Shown here: positions 9,318 to 23,104 of the stretch, in pieces
How the letters are laid out: each line of letters starts with the position of its first letter
Numbering within the stretch: the first letter of the stretch is position 1
Assembly: GCA_040143965.1 (NCBI GenBank)
Contig: JASJQH010000069.1
Coordinates: 1 to 33,840, forward strand
Direction: 5' to 3'
DNA length: 33,840 nt
From: Basidiobolus ranarum
Taxonomy: Eukaryota
Notes under the pieces: generated by a model
Told to the model about the DNA's origin: nothing
Database searches by the model: none
The model's input: only the letters and a program-made list of their open reading frames with translations
Made by a program: the position numbers and the translations under genes

Positions 9318-12300
9318 CTAGATGGAGTTGCGTCTGCCACTTTTTCTCGATAATTGTTCAACATCTGATTTAGGTTTCAACCACTGGTCAAGTAGTCCTT
9401 CTTCTTGCCATTTACGTAAGGTTTCTTTACCGTGTTGATAACCGAGTTGATAGATCTCCTCGAATCGACCAAATTCTAGAACTCCGAATTGTTGAACAGG
9501 AACCTTGGAGTACATGCACCCATCGATGGCTTTGGCTTCTTCGAGTGTACGCACACATGATACGTACGCTAATCTAGATTGAATTTCTGTTAGGGTTGGA
9601 ACGCGCTGTCGACTAAAGGGATTGAGCTGATGTAGAAGGACACGCCATCCAGAGAGTGAGTCTCCATAGGTAGCTGGCGAGTTATCGTCTTCAGCTGCTA
9701 CATCGAATGCAAAAATCTTATCTGCACCCATGGATTTCATGTAACTAACCTAAAGATTATGTTAGCACGCATTAGTTCGTTGAATCTAACCAAGATGTCT
9801 TCTAATGCACTTACTGGCAAGTTGTCCATGTATCCACCGTCGACTAACATGTGGCCATTGTCGCACAAGGGTGGAAGAAACCCTGAAAGTGACATTGATG
9901 CTCGTACATAACGCCAAAGATAACCCATTCTATGAGTTTCCATACGGGAAAGGGTAATGTTAGTGGTCACACAAAAGTATGGTAACCATAGATCCTCAAT
10001 CTGGGTATCAGAGAAGCATTTCCAAATACCACGATTGAACTCGTGACCTACAGAAAACAATGTACTTAGAACGAATGTTGACGAGAGTGAGATAAATAAT
10101 TCTAGGTACCGGTAAACCAAGCTGCCGCTGGATAAGTGAAGTCAAGTGCAAGTCTCCAGTAACTGGCCATGCGACCGGAGAACATCTTGGCACGGCCATA
10201 GATGGAGAGTGTATCGGGGTCACGGGCATAGAGACCACCAATGAATGCACCAATACTCGTACCACCGACCATATCCACAGGTATACCTGCCTCTTCTAAA
10301 GCGCGAATCAGGCCTATATGAGCAATACCTCTAGCACCACCCCCTCCGAGAACTAAACCAACAGATTTGCCACACAAACGACGGGCAAGTCTAAACAAAC
10401 AAACGAATTAGAAAATGGGCAAGATTACATCACAATGTTGTAATTGTTCAGGGTTGGGACTAGGCAAGACTTACCTAGCAAAATCATCACGACTTCCGCC
10501 ATACGAATAGGAAGGTTTGTTGATAATCTTGGAGTAGTATTTTTGGAATTGATCTTGCAACTGATCCTTGAGATCAATCAGTTTGTTCTTACGCTTATCC
10601 TGATTTAATGTTGGGGTCACCCGTAGCTTCATTTGCACATGATGATAGGCGTGAATCCATGCACGTCGCTGGAATAGCAAAGTTAATATGGATGAAGTAG
10701 TTAGCAGAGATAGGATCACCAACCTTTAACCATTGTCTAGTTGATCCTTGAGGACAGTTGTGATCATGGTGGAGAAGGATTAATTCCTTTCTTGCGGTAA
10801 TCTTCATACTTATCAAAAGTCTTTCGAATTCTCCGACAGCAGGGCTGCCATCACCGAGACCAACCAAGAGGATACAATCTGCCTGGCGGATACATCTTTG
10901 TGTCCAAGGTGAATTGACTCCGCTATCAGCTACGTACAGTACTATGCCAACATTTTCCTCTTGGTCAGCCAACCAACTGGCCATCTTCAGTTTTCCCAAC
11001 CGACTAAATGCATACTTGCCAAGAACGGATAGGACATTTGCATGGTTAAGGAGAATGTTACTCACCCCTACATCATTCATCGAATCTCTCAACCGAAGAC
11101 TGAACTCGGTAATTGGTACGTTGTTAGATACAGGTAGCAAGCAAATGGTCTTCAGATTCATATTGTTTTGGCCTAGCTCTACACCCTCTGAACGTCCGGG
11201 ATTATCAGATTTGTACATGGAGGCGGCTTGGGCCTCAAAGGTACGATTAGCGATCATCCTGGATATATGGAAAGTGACCTGCGGATTCGTCATGGCCAGG
11301 GAATGTAGTAATGTTTTTGGAATTCGAGCAAGCTCGGAATCTCGGATGGCGTAGAGCGTTTGTTTACGGGCCAAATCAGTCATGACTTCCAGTTCCCCGA
11401 TCGAGTCGCCTTGACCGTATTCACCAATAATGGTGAAGGTTCTATCCTTGCGCTCACTTATCGAACGTAAGCGACCGTACAATACGATATCCACAAATTC
11501 ACTCGAGTCTCCCTCCTTATAAATCACCTTTCCGGCGCTAGCTTGAATCCACTCGAGAGCGAAATCGATATGTAAAACTAATGATCAAGAAAAATGTTAA
11601 TGCTAAAATCGATTTCAATCTGCTATGCTATATCTTACCCAGCGGTGAGAGATGTGTGATCAGTCTTTTGGCAAGGGTGAGCAATACTGCGGGGTGTCTT
11701 TCAACGATTCGATCCAAAGCATGTTTAGAGAGATAGCCAACTAATGAATCACTACTGGCCTTAATAGTAACCACCGATGGATAGCCGCTCAATCCACTCA
11801 AGTATCCAGCCAAGCCACCAGGCTTGATAAGATACAGGCTTCTCATAGTAGGTCGTGAGTCTGTGCTGGCTGAGGATCTTGCTTTCTTAGATTTGTTGTT
11901 GGCCTTCGAATTAGATTGAGGTTCGCTAATTGGCTTAGACTGGATAGAAACATCCAAAACACCATCGATTACAAAGTAAAGGCCTTCAGTACGCTCTCCT
12001 TCCTTGACTATGAATGAATCTTCCGCGAAGTGTAGGAGTTCCACTTCGTTATCCAATTCGCTTACACATGAATGAATTGACGAATTTGTTGCATTCGTAT
12101 TAACCGAGTCAGTCTCTAGTTCTTCGTTGAGTCCAATGGATTCATTGTCATCGAATGGAGAGTTGGGGGATTCCATTTGATCAGTGTACCGATGTTGAGT
12201 TTTGGCGGTAGGTGTCGATTGGACTAATCCAATACTTTTGGAAATACATTCAAATACTGCGTCTTTTATATTGTTAATATCAACATCTCCATACTCTTGG

Positions 12301-13706
12301 TGAATCGCATCATGACCAAAGTAATCATCTAGATGTATGGGTCGTCTAACAGGAGAAGGAAAGCCAAAATCACTCTTAGTGCTCCATCGTTGAGATTGCT
12401 TTTTAACCGTCTTCACAGATTTGCGTTTCTTGGAAGGTGTTAAAGGAGTTTTGTCTAGTCGAAGAGAGTTTTCTTCAGAAACAAGCTTGGTTCGTAATTT
12501 TTCTAGAGCAGCTGGCTTGCAAAACCCAGGCGGTAATCCGTAGTTCGATAAGTCATTTACTTTCTTTTCAATTTGCAGGATCTCTTTAGTCATCCCTAAA
12601 TATTTTGTTAATGTTAAAAATGTCATTCTCTGAAACCGAGTGAGAATGACCTGAATCATATGAACACCAGCATTAGGAAACTTCTCCATTACTCGATGGA
12701 ATGCTTCAATAGGAATGACAGCAAGCGTTGTATCCACACTGGCCCGTGCAAAAATATTCGAACCAGCACTTAATTGCTCCATTGAATTTTGTCTTTCAAA
12801 CATAGGGGAAGCCATGTAATCCGATTCTGCGAATAATGAAGGGGGATGACTATCCGCTACAGGTGAATTATTTCCACTAAAGCTTCTTGAGAAATCTTCG
12901 CGGAATGAAGTTACGAGTTCGGGACTACGCGCCATGAAAGAGTGAGATTGATCCGTCGTTAATTCATCTGGACGCAAATCAGGGTTAGCTTCGTTTATAG
13001 TATTCAAAACAAAGCTCTTTCGACGGAAATTTCTAGGTTTCTCCTCTTCATGTCTCAATGGAATATCCTCCGATAACATGGCAAGAAGAGTGAATAAACT
13101 CGAAAGAGAACCGCCTTGTTTCACTTCGTGAAGAAGTTCGAATTGTCTCTCACTCCTTCCGGCACCTCGAACAAAAACTTTGGCAGAACCTTCAACGACA
13201 ATAAAGAAAGAGCGTTCTTTCTCAGGACTGAGAGACATTACCTCTCCGGCTAAAAGTTTCCTTGTTTGTAAGTACCTTGCTAATTCATCTAAAACTGGTC
13301 TTTCAAGGTACCCGAAAACTTTGATTGAAGACAAGAACACTTTAAGAAAATCACCGGGAAAAATCTTTAATGCGGGCTCCTCATCGTCAGAGGTAGTATC
13401 TGGATGAAGATCGAAAGAAACCGGATTTCTAACTTCTGGTGGCGGACTCGGGAGTCTAGAGTACTTTGTCAAAAGACGATACCGAACAAAAAGATATGCG
13501 CTCACGACAAGGATACAAAATATAAGCCCCAGTGAATAGAAATCAAGTCTAACAGTCAAGGTATATGAAAGGAGAGTGTACAAAGTGGATGGTAAAGTTA
13601 TGGTGAAAAATGATAAGACATTATAGATTATAGCAGGGATGAAGGGAAAAATAGTATGAGGGTTAGAACTGTCTATCACCACTTCAGCAGTACTGAGGGA
13701 ATCCAT
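9318..13706 (-). CDS. NTE1: Lysophospholipase NTE1 (neuropathy target esterase / PNPLA6-7 homologue)
   Basis: N-terminal TM segments, cNMP-binding domains, and a patatin domain with GGGGARG, GTSIG and DGG. Ends RRNSI. Five GT-AG introns link the ORF pieces. Confidence 0.95.
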
Positions 13707-14190
13707 ATTTAATATGAATAGCCTCTAAAGAATTTTACGATAGGTTATAATATTGTCAGCAACTAACCAAAGCTTGGTTTTAATAGCTTGCCAACAGCAG
13801 CATGAATATTCATTATCACGTGCAATTAATATTTTCGACATGTGGAATGAAATCATGTGAAAATGGAATTTCCAGGACTAAACCAATTCTCACATCCAGT
13901 AATACACTAGTATAATTTTGTCATTCGGGTAGTACCAAGTTTAAGGATAGCAACAAACAAAACCTTATATTTCGTGTAGGCAAGGGTAGAGACATTACTA
14001 TTGTTTAATAGAACTTTTACTGGGGTAAGAATAAGTGAAAACGTAGGTATAACTGGCCAGGGATGGACATGGATAGAGACACATACAATCTTTGAAGCAA
14101 TATAAGGTACAACAGAATGAATATGAAAGAGAAAATGTTCTTGATGGAATTCAAATACAGAAGTGAGATCTAACTAAAACCTTAAGCTAT

Positions 14191-17100
14191 CTAATATACA
14201 GGCAATGGGGCTTTAGAGGCTATATCCTGCCTGTGGCCGGTGAACTGGCGTATTTTGTGCTGTAGCTGTTGACTACGCTGACTTAGGGTATATATCACCG
14301 ACTGTTGAGTTTGATATTGGTAAGCAGGCTTTTTCTTCAACGATACCCACTTCTTATCGTTATCTCCGGTAGTGGGTGCTGCAAGGTCGATTATTTTTGG
14401 AGAGGCACTAATCATCTGTATTTCTTTCAATAACGACTTGGTTTCCAATGCAACAGACTTGAGTCCTTTGTCAGTACGAAGGGTTGACGAGTTGCGATCG
14501 AGTAAAAGGTTCTTATAGTTGTGGCCTAATTGGAAATCATCCAACGCTTTTCGTGCCTTGAGATGTGAGTTCTCTGTGCGTAAGAAACGTAGTGCTGATC
14601 TGAGGGATTCAATTTGAAGCGAGTAGCTTTCAGATACTTCAGTTATATTACTACTGGCAGATTGGTCAGGGCTTGGTTCAGTGTCTAGTTTACCAGCACT
14701 GACACCTTGCTTCATCTTCTCCACAAGCTGGTCATATTTTTTCTCAGCACTTTCCAACTCACCTTCCAAGCTTTCAATCGCCTCTTCGTAATCTTGTTCA
14801 ACTTTCTTAACTTTCACAAGTTCAGTCTCTAACTGATGAATGGTATCAGTGTATTTTCTCACATTTCCCATTCGTTTCTCGAGCAGTTCAATCTTAACTG
14901 ATGCTTCTTGTAGCTCTTGATTTTTCATCTTATTCTCACGTATCAATGACAAAATCTCTTCATTCAATGGTTTAACCTTACGGTCCAGGTCAGAGGCAAG
15001 AATAATTTGCGACTTCAATTCTCGCGCTCTTTCTACCCAAGGGGCTTCCTTGCGCATCATCTGAGTTTGATTACTTGCATCATCAGTCAAATCAATAAGT
15101 TCAGTAAGATTCTGATTGATTTCCTGGCTAGTTGTAAGAGCCTGGTCAAAGGGAGTCTCCTCGGTAGAGAAGATTTTAGCGGCCACACTGGATATAATTT
15201 GTTGAATATCTTGAAATTGAGCTTGTTGTTTGCTTTCTTTCTTTTGAGAAATGTATTCGGATACGAGTCTCCATAGCTCTTCGGTATAATGAGTAAGCTT
15301 GTTACTCTGATCCCAAAATCTTCGATATTCGGAAGCAACTTCAGGTTTCAACATAGCTGATTGCTTTGGAATACTATCTACGGAACGAAGCAATTTCCGC
15401 GTAACGGCCCGACTGGTCTTCATGGTCGACAATAAGGATGTTACGGGGCGGACAAATTCCTTAGTTAAAGTCGCAGGATCGAAGTTAAATCCTTGAAATT
15501 CCTCTTGAAATTCAGTCGAAGTGATGTATTGTTTCATGTAGCCTAACGTCACTAAGTTTTGTTCAGAATTAAAATCATGAGCCCGTCCAAAGGCAGTGAG
15601 GTGTTCTGTACTGTACGTATGTTCGTTAGACAAATGGGTGTCGATTAGGCGTTCAAATTGGGTTATTGATCGCTGCAAGTCCAATAAACAGTCAGATTCA
15701 CGAAGACTTTCGTTACGTAGCATCTCAATAATGCCATTTAATCTTCTCTCCACCCCGATCACCTCATGATAAAGAGGCCCTATCTTAAGGAACTCGGATA
15801 CAGAGCAGAAATTCGCGTAACTAACGAATCTGCAAGCCAGACTGGACAGCCAGTCCAGTTTCTTACGCATTAAACAGGCAGGAATCATCTCATCCGTGAG
15901 GGTAGCGGGAAGATTGTCAGTTAGTCTGTGATTTTGCCCAATGTGATTATTAACTAGATCCGATTTAAAGATAACGCGTTTCAGCAAAAGCAAACAACGT
16001 AGAGATTCATCCTCATCCTTAAAAGAGTCGGGAAGGAATGGTTGAACATATTTCAATTGTTCAGCAGCTTGCTCGGCCTCTAATCTACGCAACTCCAAGT
16101 CAATGGCTTTTCCTTGCGCCTTCATTGCAGTAGACTGTAATTGCATATTTAAGCTGAGCATCGTTTGTGAGTGTGCATCTAAATTGGCGCTTGTTTCGGG
16201 CTGAGATTCCTCTTTTTGCTTCATTTGCTCAAGGCTACCTTGAAGATTCAAGACCAATTGACGAAATTGATGAATTGTATTTTCATAGTCAGCGACTGTT
16301 TCTTCAGTAGCGTTAAGTCGCTGCTCATAGTCGCGTAGTTGAGCATCCTTAATGTCAATTTCGGTTTGAAGTTGCTGCTCTGTTTCGAAATGGGTTTCTT
16401 CAAGTTCATCATTAAGTTCTTTGATTGCTTCCAAATCTTCGATTGCCTGCCTCATTTCCTCGATCTTTTCTCCAAGAGCAAGATTTTTCTCAGATAATTG
16501 CTCGACAAGGTCCTCAGAACCAACGGAGTCATCTAATCGCTGTTTCAGCTCCTCCACTTGACTCTCGGAATGCTCAAGTTGCTCTTTGACCTTTGCGTAC
16601 TGGCTTTCAATATCTAGAACGGAAGAAAGCTCCTTCTCGAGTGATTTGATTTTCCGATTCAGCTCGGTCTCCTGTTCAGAGGTGACATCTCGGATTCGAA
16701 CTAAAGCATCTTTTAATCGATCATTCTGACGCTGCAACTGAATCAGCTCTATGGCGGAATGTTCACTATCATTGGTTTCCATGTATCCTTCTAAAAACGT
16801 TTCAGAGAGATATTAGCAACAGAGACATGAAGAGATTCTTGCAAACATCAAACATTACTTTCTCTCTTAAATACGTCTAAATCAACACTCATCTCCTCGA
16901 TCTTTTCCTTCAATAGCGCAATCTCTTGACTCATATTTTCCGATCTCTCCTCAGCCATTTCTTTATCCAATGTCATCATTTCTAAAGACTCATAGGCGTC
17001 ATTGTATTTGAATTCTAAACTTTCTTTCTCCGCCATGACCTCTTTGAGGGATTTCTTATGCTCTCGAAGCTCTGCTTGTAATTCATTGAACTTCACTATT

Positions 17101-18117
17101 GAATATGAGAAATCAATCAAAATCATGAATTGTGGAGAATTCAATTAAATCTGAGAATTCTTACAAGTGAGTTTTTGCTTAATCGCCAAGAATTGTTCTG
17201 CCTCATTGCGAAGTTTCTCTTGTTCTTTCCAGCGTTCACGTTCTTCAACTCGTTTTTGTTCAAGTATTTCTAGTTTGAATCTTAGTTCGTCGTATGCTTT
17301 GGCTGAAACCATCTGCTAGTGATTTGGAAGAAAGGTCCCTATATCGTTAACTGATTGAAGTTCATAAAGGTGGAGTTGTACAGAAACTTACCTGATCGCT
17401 GCTGCGAGATATTGTCTTGGGTGTAGTCAAGGGTGATTGATTTGGAGGAGTATTGAGGGATTTTACCGGAGAGTTGGGATCTAGTTGAGGAGTAGCAGGG
17501 AAAACAGGTGATCTGTCGGGTCTATTTACACTGGAGCTTGGAGTGTTTACTGTGGAGATTGGCGTCTCAATAGATGAGCTTTTGAATGGATCGGCACTTC
17601 GCCTATTACTAAACCGACTCGTATTGCTTTGATGAACAGTATCGGTTCGCAATACTGAACTAGGACCGGAAGTCCAGGAAGGAGCAGGTAACCGAGTTGG
17701 AGTTGACAAACCAGGAGTGCCTCGTTGACGAATTGGATGTGCATTCGAACTGGGAGTCATATTTTTTCTAGCTTCTGAAAGAGTACCAGATGCATAACGA
17801 CGTAGGTGGTTAGATCCAATAACACTGGGTGTTTCAACTTCTTGTAAAGACTTAAGTTGAGAAGTGCGAACGAACATCCCATGCTGTGGCTCACAAGTAA
17901 AATATGTGATTCCCTCTACGATCCCATCATTTTTTCCAGACGGTTCGTCTAATTCTACTCCAACCCACTTTCCTTTGGCAAAGGATGTGTTACCTATGAA
18001 GCGAACAGTCCCTGATTTATTCTGAACTTGAACCCTGCTACCAATTTGGATTTGCCACGTTGTAGGTGAGGAGGGGACAGAGGAAGTGGTTGGAGTTTGA
18101 AAAGGTGAAGCAGACAT
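14191..18117 (-). CDS. DCTN1: Dynactin subunit 1 (p150Glued/Nip100/NudM)
   Basis: CAP-Gly domain GKWVGVELDEPSGKNDG, an S/P/T-rich linker, coiled coil LEMMTLDKEMAEER and QNDRLKDALVRIRD, and dynactin domain AIDLELRRLEAEQA. Three introns. Confidence 0.95.
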
Positions 18118-18780
18118 TGTGCAGTAAGCCTTAATGAACTATTAGCTTTGAATGAGCAAATACTAAAGCTGTTTTATGTAGTTAGGATACACTTAATATC
18201 TAAAGACTAAATTTAGCGGAATGAGATCAACATTAAACTGAAAAGAAAAAACCCCTGCTAGTATTCCTATACTCAAGAACTAAGAATGGAATAGTTCTTG
18301 TTCACGACTTGCACTTGTTGACTAGTGGTGGGTGGAAAAGGGGAATCACACGTTACGTGCGTTTGTTTAGATTTGAATCGCATTATTTTTAGCCAGCGCT
18401 ACACTGTACCCGGTTATTGTGAAAAAATCGATCTCCTGGATATTTTGGACTGCGATTCCTACGCCAAAATTCATAAATTTAGTCAAGTTATTCATGACAA
18501 CTCTATGTAACCAGGTACCACATGCGCGTCACAAAAGTTTGGTCATACCAGTACATTCGATAACAATCCCCAGCTCCAACTATACAAGTGATTTTTGCAA
18601 TAATAAGCATACAATTACTTGTTCTTCACTCCTGTAAATATTACTATTCTTGGTAAGTAAAAGTCGGGGCTTAAACCGAATTATGAAAAGTACATTTTAT
18701 TTGAGCTGAGATGGTGATAACGTGTATTGATTTCTCTTCAGCAATACATTGATGTTTATATGATTTATGAATTGATCCAA

Positions 18781-18898
18781 GATTTGAATAAAGACGAACA
18801 TATGATTTGAATAAAGACGAACTTATGATTTGAATAAAGACAAACATATAATTTGAATAAAGACGAACATATGATTTGAATAAAGACGAACATATGAT
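18781..18898. repeat. Tandem minisatellite, 23-bp unit GATTTGAATAAAGACGAACATAT x5
   Basis: Five contiguous copies starting 18781, 18804, 18827, 18850 and 18873, each with at most one substitution and no spacers. Confidence 0.95.
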
Positions 18899-19336
18899 GT
18901 TAATCTTGAATTTAATAGCCACAGCCTGTTGGTAAATATACAAGCTATTCTGTTGATTCCAAGTCATTCTCTTTCAACATTCATACTGACACAATAAATT
19001 AGGAATTTATTAAAATTCTATTAAGTATGGCACTAGTGTGACATTAATGTGTATTCATTTGCATGTGTCTAACCAATAATTGAAGTACTCTGCTCTTATA
19101 TCTGATTATCAATCGATGCATTCCCATGAGGATAGCACTGAATCTAACGAGGGAAATCAAACTGAACACACTTAGACAAAATATATTACACGATTAGAAA
19201 GATTAAACGAGATAGCTGAGCCAGATAATGCGAAGGGATTATTGATTCGAAAGAGACCAAAGATAAATTATAATATGTGGATATTGATGGTTCTCTATGA
19301 TGCTTAATAATAGTAACATCCAGACTGGTATATCGT

Positions 19337-20348
19337 TTACGAGGTGTGGTTGTCCTGTCCATCTTCTAGTTCTCTCATGGATGGCACACTAGAGTCTACA
19401 CTATTTCCGTGCTTTCTTTCATATGCTGGGGTGAAGTTGAGTTCCTTAAATCTATTTTTTCTGATAACATAGAGCTCCCAGAACCATCTAAAGGCGTACC
19501 AATTGCCAAAGCAAATGTAAATAGCTAGCAATACGTCTACAGTGTAGTGAGTACGATTAGAGATGATGATTAAACTACCACCAATAACTAGACCGATCAT
19601 CAATAATATTCCGCCTATTCCAATGGTGTTTCTTGGCGCGTAGGTAACCCAGGCCATACAACAGAGCATAAAAATGGATGTATGTCCGGAGAAAATAGCG
19701 TCACCGCAACGGTGAAGGGTAAACGTCCACCAGAAGTTGCTAGTTACATGCTCACAACCAGGGCGAGGATCAACTACCGAAGTAATAGCGACAGTAGTAC
19801 TGTTGGGGGCAGCAAATAAATTTTAGAAAAGAATTAGTTAAAAACGAATCCTTAGCTATACACATACGTTCTCATCATATTATTCATGAAACTGCAAGAC
19901 AAGGCATGCACCGCGATTCTTAACGGAGTTTGGTGTGTCAAAATTAATAGGGCTAGAAAGGCAAAGGTAATTCCATCGAAGGCATCAGTTAACCCGATAT
20001 TGTGCATTTCAGGGATAACCTCAAAACCTATCCACAAGCGAGTCAGAAAACGAAGATAAAACGCTAAATAATATTTGAAGTTGTTACCTGCATCAGGCAT
20101 AATGGGGTTAACTGTGTTGCTAGGACTACGATATGAAGCGTAGTTTGAAAGAACATCCTGTGGAAGAGGAATGAATAAAGAACTTACGAAACATAAATAA
20201 AAGAGTGCTTTACCATTAAATAATAGGAAATGCCCCACGGAATTAAGATACATATAAGTAAAATAACGATTTGTCTGGTGATAACCCACCGGTCAAGTAC
20301 ATATCGCTTAAAGCGCTTCCAGAAAGTATGTAAATCCACTTTTCCCAT
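19337..20348 (-). CDS. Sphingomyelin synthase-like / SMS-family ceramide phosphotransferase, 4 exons
   Basis: Spliced protein MGKVDLHTFWKRFKR..MPDAGFEVIP..ITSVVDPRPGC..HRCGDAIFSGHT..RTHYTVDVLLA carries SMS D1, D3 (CGDxxxSGHT) and D4 (HYTxDVxxA) motifs. Start at 20348 is inferred. Confidence 0.85.
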
Positions 20349-21459
20349 TGTAAACAGAGATAAAAGTCAACAGAGGATTACTTATGGTTCTACCAAATGA
20401 AAAACAACACAGTTGAGATCGACAAACTCAATCCAAAAGAAGTACTAGCAGGGAAACAGGGTTTTGAGGAGGATAAGCCATTGTGAAAAGATATTTAAGT
20501 GTTCGAGAAAATGAAAAATGCTCAAACCAGTCACTAAAGGAGAAACAAACCTGTCCGGCGAATCTCGGTAGTCTAGAGAGCCATTCATGCAATCCAGTTC
20601 TAAGAGATTAATAATTCGAGTAATAGAATACAATATAATAAGAGAACAATATTTTGAAATAGAACATTGTGTGACATGTATATATTTATGTACATATGAG
20701 ATAAACCGCTTATTTGCCAGCCTCTGACAAAGCTAAAATCGAATTAAAATTGATGTACTATTTAGGCAGATAACATGTGGTTATTACCGCACAATGGGCC
20801 ATCATTCCACCAACATTTGTTTCCAATTCATGATACTGTCCGATTCGTTCAGTTTCAACACTGTTGATACTCATTATATAATGGTAGTACTTTTTGGCAT
20901 GCCATAGTAATAAAATAAGCGATGCATAATCGTGCGTTGAATTAAAACAACTCTGATGGAGGAATTGACTTGGTGGTTTTATAAGAGACTGATAGGCGAG
21001 CGGCCCGTTTGTTAGCCTTCGAACCTGATAACTCCGATACAACTCCATTTTTCCGGATTATCAACAAACATCAATTTACCTTTTTGAGGAATTGATGCGA
21101 GTGATGCCTGGTTTAGATCGTTGCTGGTTAACCTTAATGCTTATACTAGGATTAATCATTGATATATTTAAGGAGTGTCAGAGTGTTTATTGGCAACTTC
21201 GCAATCATGTATCGTTTGACGAAGGAATGTGTTTGACAGAAATGGATGCAATTGACTACAATCTTCAAATTGCTTCACTTATAGTGTCTTTTTTACATAG
21301 GGTACAACAGTTGAAATATTCATGCGTTATCTGAAATTTAATGGATTTTTGCCAAAGAGAGGCCAAATATGCTAGTTTTAGTTAATAATATTATCCAATA
21401 CTGAGTTTAAAGAAAAACTCAGTTTTAACAACGGATTTAAAGATGACTGTATACAAGGA

Positions 21460-23104
21460 CTAGTGACGCTGTGGGCTGGGTGTGCGTGGCCCTTTGGGAA
21501 TTTGTGGATGTCGATTTGAGTGGCCACGTTCTCCATTATCTAAATTTTGTGGAGCTCTCGGCCTACGATTTGGTGGGCTGCGAGAACGTCTTCTATCATC
21601 CCTATCAGAAGTCCATTAACGAGGTTGATCAAATGCAACAACATGTATAGCAAAAACTACTTACTTTGGGTGGTCGCGACGTTCCCGACCACGGTCATAG
21701 TCACGCACGCCTTCATAGTGGGTATCACGAAGTTTGGGCGGAGTACGAGGTCTTTGTGCAGGCTGGTAATCTCTATAATATCAAAAATAGGGGGAGGTTG
21801 GTTGACGTTCACGATGATTTCAACAAGTTGGTACGATAACTTGCCTATTAAATTCGGAACGTTGTGAATAATGAGGAGGTGAAAACCGTGACCTAGATGT
21901 AGGCCTTGGTGGCCGGGAGAAGGATCCGTATCGATCGCGTTCACCTAAAATCTGCTCTCTTTCGTATCTTTCTCTAAAATAATTATCATCTCTATCATAA
22001 TATAGATCACGCTCGGATGGAGGATATACTGGACGGTACTCTCGATCGGGATAGCCTCTCTCTGAATCTTGATAATTAGGGCGACTGTATGATCGATGGT
22101 CCTTAGAATAGCTTAAATCTGTAGGCCGCTCATAACGATCTGGATAAGTGTCACGACGTAGGTGATCATGGGCAGGACGGATCTGCGCTTGTGAAGGAAG
22201 ATATCTATCGTATCGACCCGGTGGCCTACTTTCACGTTCTTGTCGACGAGAATCATAATTTCTTTCTCTTGAAGGACTATTGTACCTTCTATGATCCTCG
22301 CCTCGTGACACTGCGCGTGGCTCTCGTGAAATATCACGTTTTGGTCTGGTTTCATCTCGTGTGCCTCGTGGTGCACTAAATAAACAAGGAACAATGTTAC
22401 CAAGATAAAGGAGAGAGATGATGACAATTACCCAACTCAAAACAAAAAGAAGAACAATTTCATGATATCTTGTTTGAATATACTAAACGTAGTGGAATGG
22501 TTTCTCGCGATGATGAATAAAAACATACCTTGGACAATCGCGAACCCAATGGCCAATGCCCCCACAATTGAAGCAAGGATCTTTGTCTTTAGCTGGACGA
22601 ATATGTCTCGATTCATCCCTGTTGTTTACATAATCACGGTTGGAATCCACTCTACTGGTCTGGGGCTCTCGTCGTAGGTTTTCGTTTTGAGAGCCAACCT
22701 CCGTTTGTATTTGATTCGAATTTTTGAATGCATCAGTTTTAACGACATGAGGATCTCTAGAAGTATGGGCAAGTTCTACTCGAAGGGTTGATCCAAGAAA
22801 ATCTTTACCATGCATCTCCCTGAGAGCATCTTGACAGCTAGTTGGGTTGTCGTATTCCTTAGTTTCAGAAACATAGAACGAATTAATCAAGCATTATAAT
22901 AAGGTCTATCAACAACGGTGAGTGAAAATACAGTCCGCTACATCGAGAGAGTTTGTCGAATGAGTGCGAGATGAAACTTACGAGGAAACAATACGTGTTC
23001 TTAAATTCGATATTTGACGTGTGTCCAAAACGGGAGAAGAAGTCCTTTATGTCTTTAGGACCCACAGTACTCGATATGCCGCCAATGTATATTTTGTAAG
23101 ACAT
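21460..23104 (-). CDS. SR-like splicing factor: RRM, CCHC zinc knuckle and R/D/Y/S-rich tail (SRSF7/9G8-like architecture), 5 exons
   Basis: KIYIGGI..KNTYCFL|EYD..GSTLRVELA (RRM), CFNCGGIGHWVRDC (zinc knuckle), and RSRSP/RTPSP in the tail. Stop TAG at 21462-21460. Confidence 0.82.
21773..21844 (-). other. GC-AG intron in the SR-like gene
   Basis: Minus strand AATAG|GCAAGT...ATTATAG|AGATTAC, a strong GC donor context. Splicing gives EFNR-DYQPAQRPRTPP and avoids the in-frame stop at 21820. Confidence 0.75.

Noticed and set aside
18781-18898. CRISPR-like array
   Set aside because: The repeats are contiguous with no unique spacers, there are no cas genes, and the context is eukaryotic.
18671-18967. 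98-aa ORF with repeated SSLFKSYVRLYSN
   Set aside because: A by-product of the minisatellite, with no recognisable domain.
8412-20348. Lipid-metabolism gene cluster (PAP2, NTE1, SMS-like)
   Set aside because: Interrupted by dynactin, the pathways differ and no shared motif is visible; likely chance.
20600-21450. Intergenic ORFs 20758-21048 and 21092-21334
   Set aside because: No motifs or coherent splice structure; consistent with promoter/UTR sequence.
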